NCBI RefSeq assembly: GCF_001194135.2
Contig: NC_069003.1
Coordinates: 22,942,035 to 23,006,034 of the forward strand
Length of the DNA: 64,000 nt
Direction: 5' to 3'
Origin: Octopus bimaculoides
Lineage: Eukaryota
Shown here: piece by piece, positions 38,470 to 48,039 of the stretch
How positions within the stretch are numbered: position 1 is the first letter of the stretch
How the letters are laid out: every line of letters starts with the position of its first letter
The notes under the pieces: model-generated
The model's database searches: none
Seen by the model: only the letters and a program-made list of their open reading frames with translations
What the model was told of the DNA's origin: nothing
Translations under genes and position numbers: made by a program

Positions 38470-38645
38470 AACATGAAAACTGCAAAGGTTGTGCCTGTAT
38501 TAATTGGTGCATTGGGAACTGTGAGTAATGATATAGACAAATGGTTGAAGGGGATTAGAATTGAATGTCCTGTAGAGCTTCTACAGAATGTTTGCCTCTT
38601 ATGGAGAGGGAAGATCATCAGAAGTGTTTTTAGCATTTGAAAGAT
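38470..38645 (+). mobile_element. R4/Dong-clade C-terminal (REL endonuclease end) fragment
   Basis: MKTAKVVPVLIGALGTVSNDIDKWLKG..IECPVELLQNVCLLWRGKIIRSVFSI* matches the R4 end VVPVVIGALG..LQKxxLLGTAxILRxVL. Confidence 0.8.
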
Positions 38646-38676
38646 TACATTGTGTAACACGATTTTTGTCCTTGGG

Positions 38677-39068
38677 TTGTTGTTGTTGTTGGCACTCCGT
38701 CGCTTACGACGTCGAGGGTTCCAGTTGATCCGATCAACGGAACAGCCTGCTCGTGAGATTAACGTGCAAGTGGCTGAGCACTCCACAGACACGTGTACCC
38801 TTAACGTAGTTCTCGGGGATATTCAGCGTGACACAGTGTGACAAGGCTGGCCCTTTGAAATACAGGTACAACAGAAACAGGAAGAAAGAGTGAGAGAAAG
38901 TTGTGGCGGAAGAGTACAGCAGGGTTGGCCACCATCCCCTGCCGGAGCCTTGTGGAGCTTTAGGTGTTTTCGCTCAATAAACACTCACAACGCCCGGTCT
39001 GGGAATCGAAACCGCGATCCTATGACCGCGAGTCCGCTGCCCTAACCACTGAGCTATTGCGCCTCCAC
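38677..39068 (-). mobile_element. SINE family C, full length with (AAC)n tail
   Basis: Near-identical to 9165-9553. Confidence 0.95.
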
Positions 39069-39069
39069 A

Positions 39070-39500
39070 GTCCTTCTATTTGCTTACCGCTAGAAAATAT
39101 TAAAAAATGGTTAATATTTCCTTTAAACTTTGCTTTTGTTACATTTATTCGAACCTCAAAAAATCCTTCTCAACACGTGGGTATGATGCTCCCCCACCCC
39201 ACTACTTCTGCTCATGATCTGAGATCCACAAATTGTCAGCCTCTAAGGGACATGCTCAAGTGGTTAATGTCAAGCAAATCTGAGCAGAATGTTTGCTATA
39301 AGGATATTTCTGCTTCAGCAACTCAGCACTGAATCTGTCTGAAATGTAATGGAAAATAGGTCAGTTTCAAAACATTGATGTCCAGATGACAAAAGCAAAA
39401 TTTGAAGGGAATGGTAGTCATTTCCTTTGATTTCTAGATAGAATCAAATAGGAAATAACACTTACTCACCAATAACAAACAAAAAATAAAATTGTTACCC
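39070..39500 (+). repeat. Unclassified ~450-bp dispersed repeat
   Basis: Reverse complement of 62480-62890 and 19935-20275. Confidence 0.85.
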
Positions 39501-40009
39501 AGTGTTATTGAAAGCTCATGAGTATCTAAGGTAACAGGTAGTAACGCGCTACCCACATGAATTCTCTCCGGAGTACGAACCTGAGTCAAATTGAATAATA
39601 AAATTAAAATAATTATTTCCTCTCAGTATCTTTTCTCAACCTTCTCTCCTCCCCCACCTAAAAAGAAAAAAAAATCATAAATCAAATTAAACAGAGCACC
39701 ATTGATTTTGGTTCTGTCAATGTAAACGTTTGTTGATGGCTATAATATTCACGTTAATTTTATTAAGCATCTGAATTTCATTGTCTGACAACTCGATGGA
39801 ATGATTAATCTTCTCAATGGATAAACGTTCGTTTCTCTGGCTACAGATTATTTAATTAAATGTACAAACTTAAATATTGAGATTAGTTTTTGCGAATTAT
39901 CTCCTACTCACCTCTCTCTCTCTCTCCTCTCCCTCGCTCTCTGTTCACACATACCAACATATATATGTATATATATACATATACATAATGTATCTATGTA
40001 TGTGTATCT

Positions 40010-40465
40010 CTTTTATCTTTCATTTCTTTTAGTCACTCGATTGCGGCCATGCAGGAGCACCACCTTGAAGAATTTTTTGTCGAATGTATCGACCTCAGTA
40101 TTTATTTTTTGAAAGCATGGTACTTACTCTCTCAGTCTCTTTTGCCGAACCGCTAGTTTGCGGGGACATTAATCCTTTCTACTATAGGCACAAGGCCTGA
40201 ATTTTGTCGGGAGGAGGGGACAGTCGATCATATCAATACTGGTATTGAACTGGTACTTGATTTATCGACTCCGAAAAGATGAAAGGCAAAGTCGTCCTCG
40301 GCGGAATTTGAACTCAGAATGTAGCGGCGGACGAAATACCGCTAAACATTTCGCCCTGTGTGCTAACGACTCTGCCAGTTCACCGCCTTCAATTGCGGGG
40401 ACATTAACACACCAGTAACGGTTGTCAAGCGGTGATGGTGGTGGGAGTCAAACATAGACACAAGG

Positions 40466-40501
<36 letters not shown>

Positions 40502-40640
40502 GCAACGGGCTTCTTTCAGTTTCTGCCTACCAAATCCACTCACAAGGCTTTGTTCGACCCGAGGTAGAAGACACTTACCCAAGGTACCACGCAGTGGGAC
40601 TGAACCCGGTAGCATGTGTTCTGGAAGTAAGCTTCTTATC
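40010..40640 (-). mobile_element. Family-A SINE interrupted by a family-B SINE (40173-40392) with 15-bp TSD
   Basis: TTGCGGGGACATTAA duplicated at 40158-40172 and 40393-40407. Confidence 0.9.
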
Positions 40641-40780
40641 ACACATACCCACACACACACGCACACACGAACACACACATACACATATATATGGACACAC
40701 ACATACACACATATATACATACATGTATATGTGTATATATACACATATAGACCTACTTAACTACATTATATGCATATATA

Positions 40781-40823
<43 letters not shown>

Positions 40824-41396
40824 AAACACACACATATGTATGTGTGTATGTATATATCTATCAGACCGTTTGAAATCTCCACATATTGTGCTGAGGGAAA
40901 AGAGAAAAAAATATGATATTGTTGAAGAAATTAACATAACTTAGACTTCAAAAGTTTCATCATTAAATTACGTTGCACTCGGGGAAATTCACCGAGGAAA
41001 ACTGCTCTCAACCACTTAATGGTTGCGTGTGTGTATGTGTGTGTGTGTGTGTGTGTCTGTGTGTCTGTGTGTGTGTGTGTGTGTGTGTGAACGCGAGCGT
41101 GTGTGAATTTAAGTAAGTTGAAGAAAAATTACATAACGCCAATCTTGGATTCATTCGGTTAGTCAAACGTGCGTAGATGTCTGCGAATTGAAAGTGATAC
41201 ACACACACACACACATTAAATTTTAAACGCACTTATACATACATGTAATTTTGGCGTCTTTAAATCCTCGTAACTGAACAGTTTGTTAAAAAAGAATATA
41301 AAATCATAAGTGCTGGAATCTATTCTGTTCTATATTTGAAAGATGAGGAACTCATCTTTCTATGGATGGATATGTGTTCTCATCTTGTTTGTTGTT

Positions 41397-41442
41397 ACCA
41401 CAATGTTTCGGCTGATTTACTCTGCAGCCTTCATCAGGTGTC
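41397..41442 (-). ncRNA. Minimal type I hammerhead ribozyme (PLE type), one likely CpG-decay mutation
   Basis: GACAC-CUGAUGA-A-GGCUG[CAGAGUAAAU]CAGCC-GAAAC-AUU-GUG: intact CUGANGA and GAAA core, 5-bp stem II, CAC/GUG stem I. The expected ACGU stem-III palindrome reads ACAU. Confidence 0.7.
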
Positions 41443-41536
41443 CTGGTAGAATTTTGAAACCAGCCCCGGGGTCATCATTCCTAAGGTATTGTTTTTCTGA
41501 TATTATTATTATTATTTATTTATTTATTTATTTAAG

Positions 41537-41607
41537 GCACTGCCTGGAATTGAAATCGGAATCTTGGGATTAATAGCCTGCGCTCTTAATCATTACGCTA
41601 TATGCCC
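41537..41607 (-). other. tRNA-like Pol III promoter module (not a functional tRNA)
   Basis: GGGCATATAGCGTAATGATTAAGAGCGC...CCGATTTCAATTCCAGGC with degenerate box A (TAGCGTAATGA) and box B (GATTTCAATTCC). Confidence 0.65.
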
Positions 41608-41851
41608 GTGGGCAATTATAGAGTGAATTTTAGGGCTTATAAACCTAATAATTTTGTATCCTTCCATAATACCGGTGTCCATATTTTACTCATGTCTGCA
41701 CTAGGTCTGTTTCGGAGGTTATTGTATCCTAGCATATGTGCTGCGTCTTTTAATATTCGTTCGACTAAAATTCTTCAAGCTGTGCTGCAGTGAAAAATGA
41801 CTGAAAAGATGCGCGCGCGCGTATGTGTGTGTGTGTGTATTTATACATTTA

Positions 41852-42320
41852 AGCATTGAAACTCTATTCTCTCCAGCACCGCCGTGAGCAATACATCATT
41901 TGCAGGATGTGGAAAACACACCATCAGCATTACCCAAACAACCTCAACATCAGCTTCAAAGCTCATCTAAGGCTAGGGCCACGGGCTATACGTCCTCTAC
42001 CCACTTCAAGATCACAACACATAAATACACTGCAACACAATTTCATTTCCTCAACAGGCCCTACCCTATTTAACATTGTCCCGAAACAGATCAAAGAGGT
42101 AAAGGATCCCATTACCTTTAAACGGAATTTGGACAAATTTCTTAAAGGAATACCGGATAAACCACCTATACCTGGATACAACTCACTCAACAAGAACTCC
42201 ATACTTGGATGGACCATGATACTACAAAACTTGACTTAAAAAGGATTTAGATAATCCTATCAGGTGGTGCTATTAAGTTAGACATGGCCTGGCCCAATCT
42301 TTAGTGGAAACATCTAATTT
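41852..42320 (+). mobile_element. CR1-group (CR1/L2/Crack-like) LINE 3' end
   Basis: LKLYSLQHRREQYIICRMWK..GPTLFNIVPKQIK..FKRNLDKFLKGIPDKP matches the LKLYSLERRRERY..GPRLFNxLPxxIR..FKxxLDxFL motif, followed by a short 3' UTR. Confidence 0.85.
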
Positions 42321-42807
42321 TATCTAAATTTATATATACATACATACCAACCTTTTTCTTTACTTCTTTTATTTCATTTCTTTTATTTCTTCTGTTACTT
42401 TATTCTAATTCTTTTATTTCTTTCGTTACTTTATTCCAATTTTACTAAATCTTATTTATATATGTTTCTAACTTTATTATCCGTATTTTTACTTATATTA
42501 CTCTCGATTTGACTTCTACTACTTTTATATTTTATTTCTTATTTGATATTGTTTTATCCTTTAACTTTTATTTTATTTATTTTTGATCTTCTCTTTCTAT
42601 CTTATATACACTAGTTAAATACAATCCAATCTATTTATCATTCACTCTATGCTGAAGTGTGGTACAGTATGGACAGATTTCTGAATACCAAAGAACATTT
42701 ATGTAAATATAACAATTTAAAGGATAAGCCTATTATAATGGATAATACTAAGTGAACTTTTCCTTTTTCTCTCTCTTTTTCTTTGTGATGTAATCTTGGG
42801 ACTGAAA

Positions 42808-42911
42808 ATATTTGCGGCTGAAGATAGCTTTAAGCCATCCTTTGTGTCAACAATATATACTGATATAATGAAAGTTTGTGTATAAAGCTTGAAACACGTG
42901 TACCGCGATAT
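42808..42911 (+). ncRNA. Type I hammerhead ribozyme, catalytic core intact
   Basis: Stem I GCGG/CCGC (extendable to ATATTTGCGG/CCGCGATAT), CUGAAGA (42818-42824), stem II AGCTTTA/TAAAGCT with ~50-nt loop, GAAA (42891-42894), palindromic stem III ACACGTGT, triplet GUA with predicted cleavage after A42902. Confidence 0.8.
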
Positions 42912-43859
42912 TCTTTGTGTTCTGTTTTCAATTTGCGTTTAATACATACCTACATACATATATATATGAATATGTATATATGCATACACACACACAGACA
43001 CATGTGTATATACATATGTAAATGTATAAATATGTGTATGTATATATATGTATATGCTTATCCAACCTGTTTTGATGTGGTCAGTTGTCATGCTTTGAGC
43101 CTGTTATCTAATAGTATACAAACATGTTTTGCCACTACCAGTCTTTATGAACGAAGTTACTAAGTTTAATGACATCTTTAGAATCAAAATGCCTTCAACT
43201 TTTCTGTAATTTACAGCGTCATTCTGTTATTTACCATTGTGATTGAGATATTGCAGTATGACCCGATTTACATTTCCTAAATATTGATATTTCTGATTAG
43301 AAATTTCACTTGTTGAAGTCCTGTTGATTAATCGACATGCCACACCTCGCCTGTTTATTTAGTACGCCTGATGAGTCGAGAGTTGTGTAACATAATGCAG
43401 AATTCTATGTATGTTGTGCATACTGCATACCTGACTGTACCATGTTTACGACACAATAAAGACTCCCAACGAAAAAATTGTAGCCATACCCGGTAACCAT
43501 TACGTCAGCGTTTAGTATTTTTTAAAACCACGATTAAAGTTCCATTCACGGTTATATACACTTGGATACAATTGGAATTTCAGATTACCAAACAACAATG
43601 AACTTCCTTCAATCAACGCATTCCATGCTTCGATAAGGGATTACTGAACTGTCTCTTTTAAGTCATTCTAATTGTGACATCATTCACTTTGTTATGCCTT
43701 GAACATTTATGGATCCTTTGGGATCAAAACTGTATGTATATACTAAATTTGACGAATTTCTGTGTCTCCTTTTCTTTTTAGGAACAGCTTGATGTATTGG
43801 TGAACAGTCAACGGCGTTGGAGAGCATGAAGATTAAAGCTGTAGTTGAGAAAATGTTTA

Positions 43860-44015
43860 CTGACATGGAAGAGTGGAAGCTATCTGAATATTGGAAAAGA
43901 GTTACCTGTATCATGATGATTTGTTCCAGGTATAAAAATACCGACATCATGATCACTGCTCAATGCTCTGTGGACACTATAAAGGCTGTAAGAGGTGACA
44001 AGGACAACTGCAATC
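43860..44015 (+). mobile_element. Possible Tc1/mariner transposase N-terminal (HTH) fragment
   Basis: MEEWKLSEYWKRVTCIMMICSRYKNTDIMITAQCSVDTIKAVR resembles Tc1-like N-termini (KRxAII..G.S..EI......TVxxVR). Short and recognised from pattern only. Confidence 0.35.
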
Positions 44016-44121
44016 TTGGCCTGCTATCTGGCTATGTATATGCTTATGTATATAAGCTGCTTTAGAATCAAAATTAGAATTTAGAATCAAAATGCCTTTA
44101 CCTTTTCTTTAATTTATTTAC

Positions 44122-44575
44122 CGTGGAGGCGCAATGGCCCAGTGGTTAGGGCAGGTCCCGGAGCCGTCTTGAAGTCATGGTGTGTAGTGAAGGCGCAATG
44201 GCCAGTGGTTAGGGCAGCGGACTCGTGGTCATAGGATCGCGGTTTCGATTCCCAGATCGGGCGTTGTGAGTGTTTATTGAGCGAAAACACCTAAAGCTCC
44301 ACGAGGCTCCGGCAGGGGATGGTGGCGAACCCTGCTGTACTCTTTCACCACAACTTTCTCTCACTCTTACTTCTTGTTTCTGTTGTACCTGTAATTCAAA
44401 GGGTCAGCCTTGTCACACTGTGTCACGCTGAATATTCCCCGAGAACTACGTTAAGGGTACACGTGTCTGTGGAGTGCTCAGCCACTTGCACGTTAATTTC
44501 ACGAGCAGGCTGTTCCGTTGATCGGATCAACTGGAACCCTCGTCGTCGTAACCGACGGAGTGCCAGAAGAAGACG
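44122..44575 (+). mobile_element. SINE family C with duplicated head
   Basis: Head GTGGAGGCGCAATGGCCCAGTGGTTAGGGCAG, ~35 nt unrelated sequence, then a complete copy from about 44188. Confidence 0.9.
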
Positions 44576-44644
44576 AATGTATGTGTGTGTATGTATGTAT
44601 ATATGTATATTTACGTATGTATGTATTTATGTACATACGTGTGC

Positions 44645-44677
<33 letters not shown>

Positions 44678-45379
44678 TGTATGTATGTATGTATGTATGT
44701 GTGCACGTATGTATGTATGTATGTACATGATTCTCGTACTCAGAGACTCGAACCACACGTACCCTTCTAACCGATTTCCTCAGTTCAATAAACATCTCTC
44801 AAATCTTACTCTTCCTCATCAGACGTCATCACACCTTTCGCTTTCGATCAAGTTGCTCGGCTGCTTCCTTCCGCTTGTCTGACATCTTCGGCGCACAACC
44901 AACTATGCCGCAGGCATAAAGGAAAATAACTCAACCGGTGTTATAACTTTGACAGAATATTTCTGCTTTGGGATACTGGTACTCGTCCCACGCTGATATA
45001 TTAGGTAGATCTAACCTAATACATTTTACATCTCCAGGAAATGTCATTATTGGCAACTTCGACGAAACTAAATAAATAGGATAGTTCTATCAAGTAACTT
45101 GATGTATCTTTGGAAGTGTTTGGACTTGGCATTATATTGACAGATTCACAACAATAACTTACAATAGGCCATCACCTTTCCCATCCCCGGTTTTACGGCT
45201 AGCGTAAAATCGTTATTATCACTAAACTATGTCTACCAAAGTTATTTTTCTTTCATAAACAGAGCAGCTGTTATTAAGGAGAGAGAGAAAGAGAGGAGAC
45301 AGTACTGAGATACTAAACAGTTGTAAAGGAACGACACTCTAACAAGGTTTGCTGGTTCCTACAATGTTGAACGGCTGAG

Positions 45380-45423
45380 CGAACCTATTTCTACGACGAC
45401 GACGACGACCACCAGCACCACTT

Positions 45424-45454
<31 letters not shown>

Positions 45455-45543
45455 AACTACTGCTAATACCACCACGACCACCTCTACTACTACCATTACT
45501 ACTACTACCACTACTACTACAACTACTACTATTGCTGCTGCTG

Positions 45544-45577
<34 letters not shown>

Positions 45578-45620
45578 CACCACCACATTACTGCTGCTGC
45601 TATTACTACTACTACCACCT

Positions 45621-45651
<31 letters not shown>

Positions 45652-45905
45652 ATTACTACTACTACATTACTACTATTACTACTACCATTACTACTACCAC
45701 TACTACTACTACTACTACTATTGCTGCTGCTGCTACTACTACTACTACCACCACAACCACCACCACCACCACCACATTACTGCTGCTGCTATTACTACTA
45801 CTACCATCTCTACTACTACTACTACTACCACCTCTACTACTACTACTACTACCACCTCTACTACTACTACCTTACTCCTCCTCCTCTTACTACTACTACT
45901 ACTTA
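45380..45905. repeat. Compound (CTA/CCA/CTG)n trinucleotide array with higher-order duplication
   Basis: Block ATTGCTGCTGCTGCTACTAC..CACCACATTACTGCTGCTGCTATTACTACTACTACCA occurs near 45531 and again near 45720. Confidence 0.9.
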
Positions 45906-46192
45906 TGACTATACCGTCATTAACCTGGCCTCCATCTCACAATAACCATCTCTATCGTCTCTGCAATTGTTACCCCAGTCATTATTCTTGACGCTGACAC
46001 TTATACCACAACACCACATCACCCCTCCCTATCACCACCACCGCCGCCACCACGAAGATGTTTTAAGTAATAACAAAAATTAATGGAAGTGAAGCAAACT
46101 GTGCAAAAAAAAAAAGGGGGCTGTGTGCAAGTTGCTTACCTCTGTCGTTGTTGGACCTGTTTTTGGTGAGTGGAACGTTTTGTTCAAAATTG

Positions 46193-46451
46193 GGTAATCT
46201 TCAAGTTTAGGGGGATAAAAAAAATAAATAAAAATATTCAAGGGAAATAACTGAACGACTTACCAGTATTATCCGTTTTCTTCTAGCTGTTTATAAATAA
46301 ATCACACCCTAACCCTAACCCTAACGTCAATCAAATCACGTATGTGATTTATTTATAAACAGAGATGTACGGAGAATACTGGTATGACGTTCAGTTACTT
46401 CCCTTGAATATTTTTATTTTCTTTTTTATCCCCCTAAACTTGAAGATTACC
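46193..46451. mobile_element. MITE/fold-back, GGTAA termini, (CCCTAA)3 core, probable 8-bp TSD (Merlin-like)
   Basis: Arms GGTAATCTTCAAGTTTAGGGGGATAAAA.. / ..TTTTATCCCCCTAAACTTGAAGATTACC. Flanks CAAAATTG (46185-46192) and CAAAATTA (46452-46459). CCCTAA x3 at 46307-46324. Confidence 0.8.
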
Positions 46452-46654
46452 CAAAATTAGATTGTTGTTGTTGAAATTATTGTTAACGTGTCGAACATTT
46501 TCGAATTGTCGAAAATTGTTAAATTGTTGAACTGTTGACATCATTTGTGCCTTTTCCCGGTGACGAGAGAAAGGAATTATCTGTGTAAAGCCATTTTGGC
46601 ATCATTGTGTGCTAAAAATTGAACATTTTAAAGCCGTTGTAGGCTTATCGTTGC

Positions 46655-47135
46655 GCCCCCACCCAGTGGGGGTGGGATCTGAACTGTTGTTTGTTTTTGA
46701 ACTGGTATCCTCGTTGAGAGGAAGTAACACAATATAGGTTTCCCGTCTTTAATGTGTTCTATGTCGTAGGCTTATTATTTGAACTATATTCCTATTAAGA
46801 GGAGGGGAAGAAAAAAAAAACAGATTATAGGTTTCCCGTTTTCAAAAAATAAGCTTGTGGTAGGATTTGAACTGGTATCCTCTTTAAGAGGAAAAAACAA
46901 AAAAATATAGGTTTCCTGTCTTTAATGTGTTCTGTGCTGTGTGGGAAATTGAACTTAAGCCACTGTATTTGAACTATTGTCCTCATTAAGAGGAAAAAGT
47001 AAACAAAAACAAAAAAAACAACAGGTTATAGGTTTCCCGTTTTAGAAAAAGTAAGCGCATTACAGGCTCTACTACTACTACTACTACTACACACCACCCA
47101 GCGTGGGGTAGGATTTGAACTGGTATCCCGTTTGT
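46655..47135. repeat. Degenerate dimeric (A-B)n tandem array, ~80-100-bp monomers
   Basis: TTTGAACT..TCCT(C)nnnAAGAGGA-(A-rich)-TATAGGTTTCC(C)GT recurs near 46697, 46777, 46866, 46968 and 47114, with alternating unit types. Confidence 0.8.
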
Positions 47136-47425
47136 AGGGGAAAGAATTGAAAAGTTTTGCATGTAAGAATTAATTTCGACCGAGTATGTCGGTCGAAATA
47201 ATTCATTAAGCAAAGCCGCTGGATGAGCCAGCAAAGACGTTTTCGGCAGTAGCCGCTGTATCACGTGAAAACGTGATGATAGAAACGGAGAAGCTCTCCG
47301 AGCTTTTTGAAAGAATGAAAGAGGAGGGTGGGGATATAAAGATCTCACCCTCCCCTAGTGTTGAAAATATGAAGAGAAGGACAGTCGATTACAAAACGTA
47401 CTGTCCTACATAGAAACAATTCAAG

Positions 47426-47985
47426 GGATCTTTTTTAAAACGGGGGCCACATTTTTCATTAACGAAACACTTTGAAACTTGGAACACTGGTAGAATGTGT
47501 CATATAAAACATCTTTTTCTCTTAGTCTTCTTAAAAAAAAAAGAAATCCATAAATTATTCCATGTTAAAGTTGTCGTATTTCTGTAATTTCAACCAATCA
47601 CTGACGTCCATTCAGCCGATACACATTAAGTGCCGACTACATAAACAAACGATTCTGAAACAATTAACCCTAACTCTAACCCTAACCCTAGGGTTAGGCT
47701 TAGGGTTAGGGTTAAAGCAAATTTAAAATGAAAAAATCAAATAAAACGAAGAATCGTTTGTTTATGTTGTCGGCACTTAATGTATATCGGCTGAGTGGAC
47801 GTCAGTGATTGGTTGAAATTATCGAAATAAGACAATTTTTTACATGAAATAAATTAGAATACAAAAATATTTTTCTGTTCTATAACACAAAATAGATAAG
47901 TATACGAAGTTTGAAAGTCTTTCGGTACCAAAAACACTACGTAAAACATTAATGAAAAATGTGGCCCCCGTTTTAAAAAAGATCC
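47426..47985. mobile_element. 560-bp fold-back transposon with 8-bp TSD and back-to-back telomeric core
   Basis: TSD AATTCAAG (47418-47425, 47986-47993). TIR GGATCTTTTTTAAAACGGGGGCCACATTTTTCATTAA. Inner inverted arms contain CCAAT and TGACGTC. Centre (TAACCC)~4-TAGGGTT-(TTAGGG)~3 at 47665-47714. Confidence 0.9.
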
Positions 47986-48039
47986 AATTCAAGCACTTCG
48001 AAACGTGCGAAATAGAAAAATGCCTCGCCCCTATATGGA

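Larger units (their letters stand above)
41325..41760 (-). mobile_element. PLE-derived unit: ORF 3' end, tRNA-like module, hammerhead ribozyme
   Basis: Minus-strand order: LKDAAHMLGYNNLRNRPSADMSKIWTPVL (PLE C-terminus-like), tRNA-like 41607-41537 with A/B boxes, AT-rich linker, hammerhead 41442-41397. Confidence 0.7.

Noticed and set aside
43105-43155. ACATGTTTTGCC..AGTCTTTATGA as a minus-strand decayed hammerhead
   Set aside because: Needs several changes in both core motifs; too weak to support.
45359-45945. Mucin-like or poly-Val/poly-Leu-Tyr-Cys protein (also 50219-50447)
   Set aside because: Pure trinucleotide microsatellite with no splice signals or flanking coding context.
46655-47135. 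Hairpin-containing repeats with variable spacers, superficially CRISPR-like
   Set aside because: Repeats are degenerate and dimeric, spacers are low-complexity A-runs, there are no cas genes and the context is eukaryotic.
47665-47714. Ancient telomere-telomere chromosome fusion site
   Set aside because: Orientation is (CCCTAA)n(TTAGGG)n, opposite to a fusion, and it lies inside a TSD-flanked transposon.
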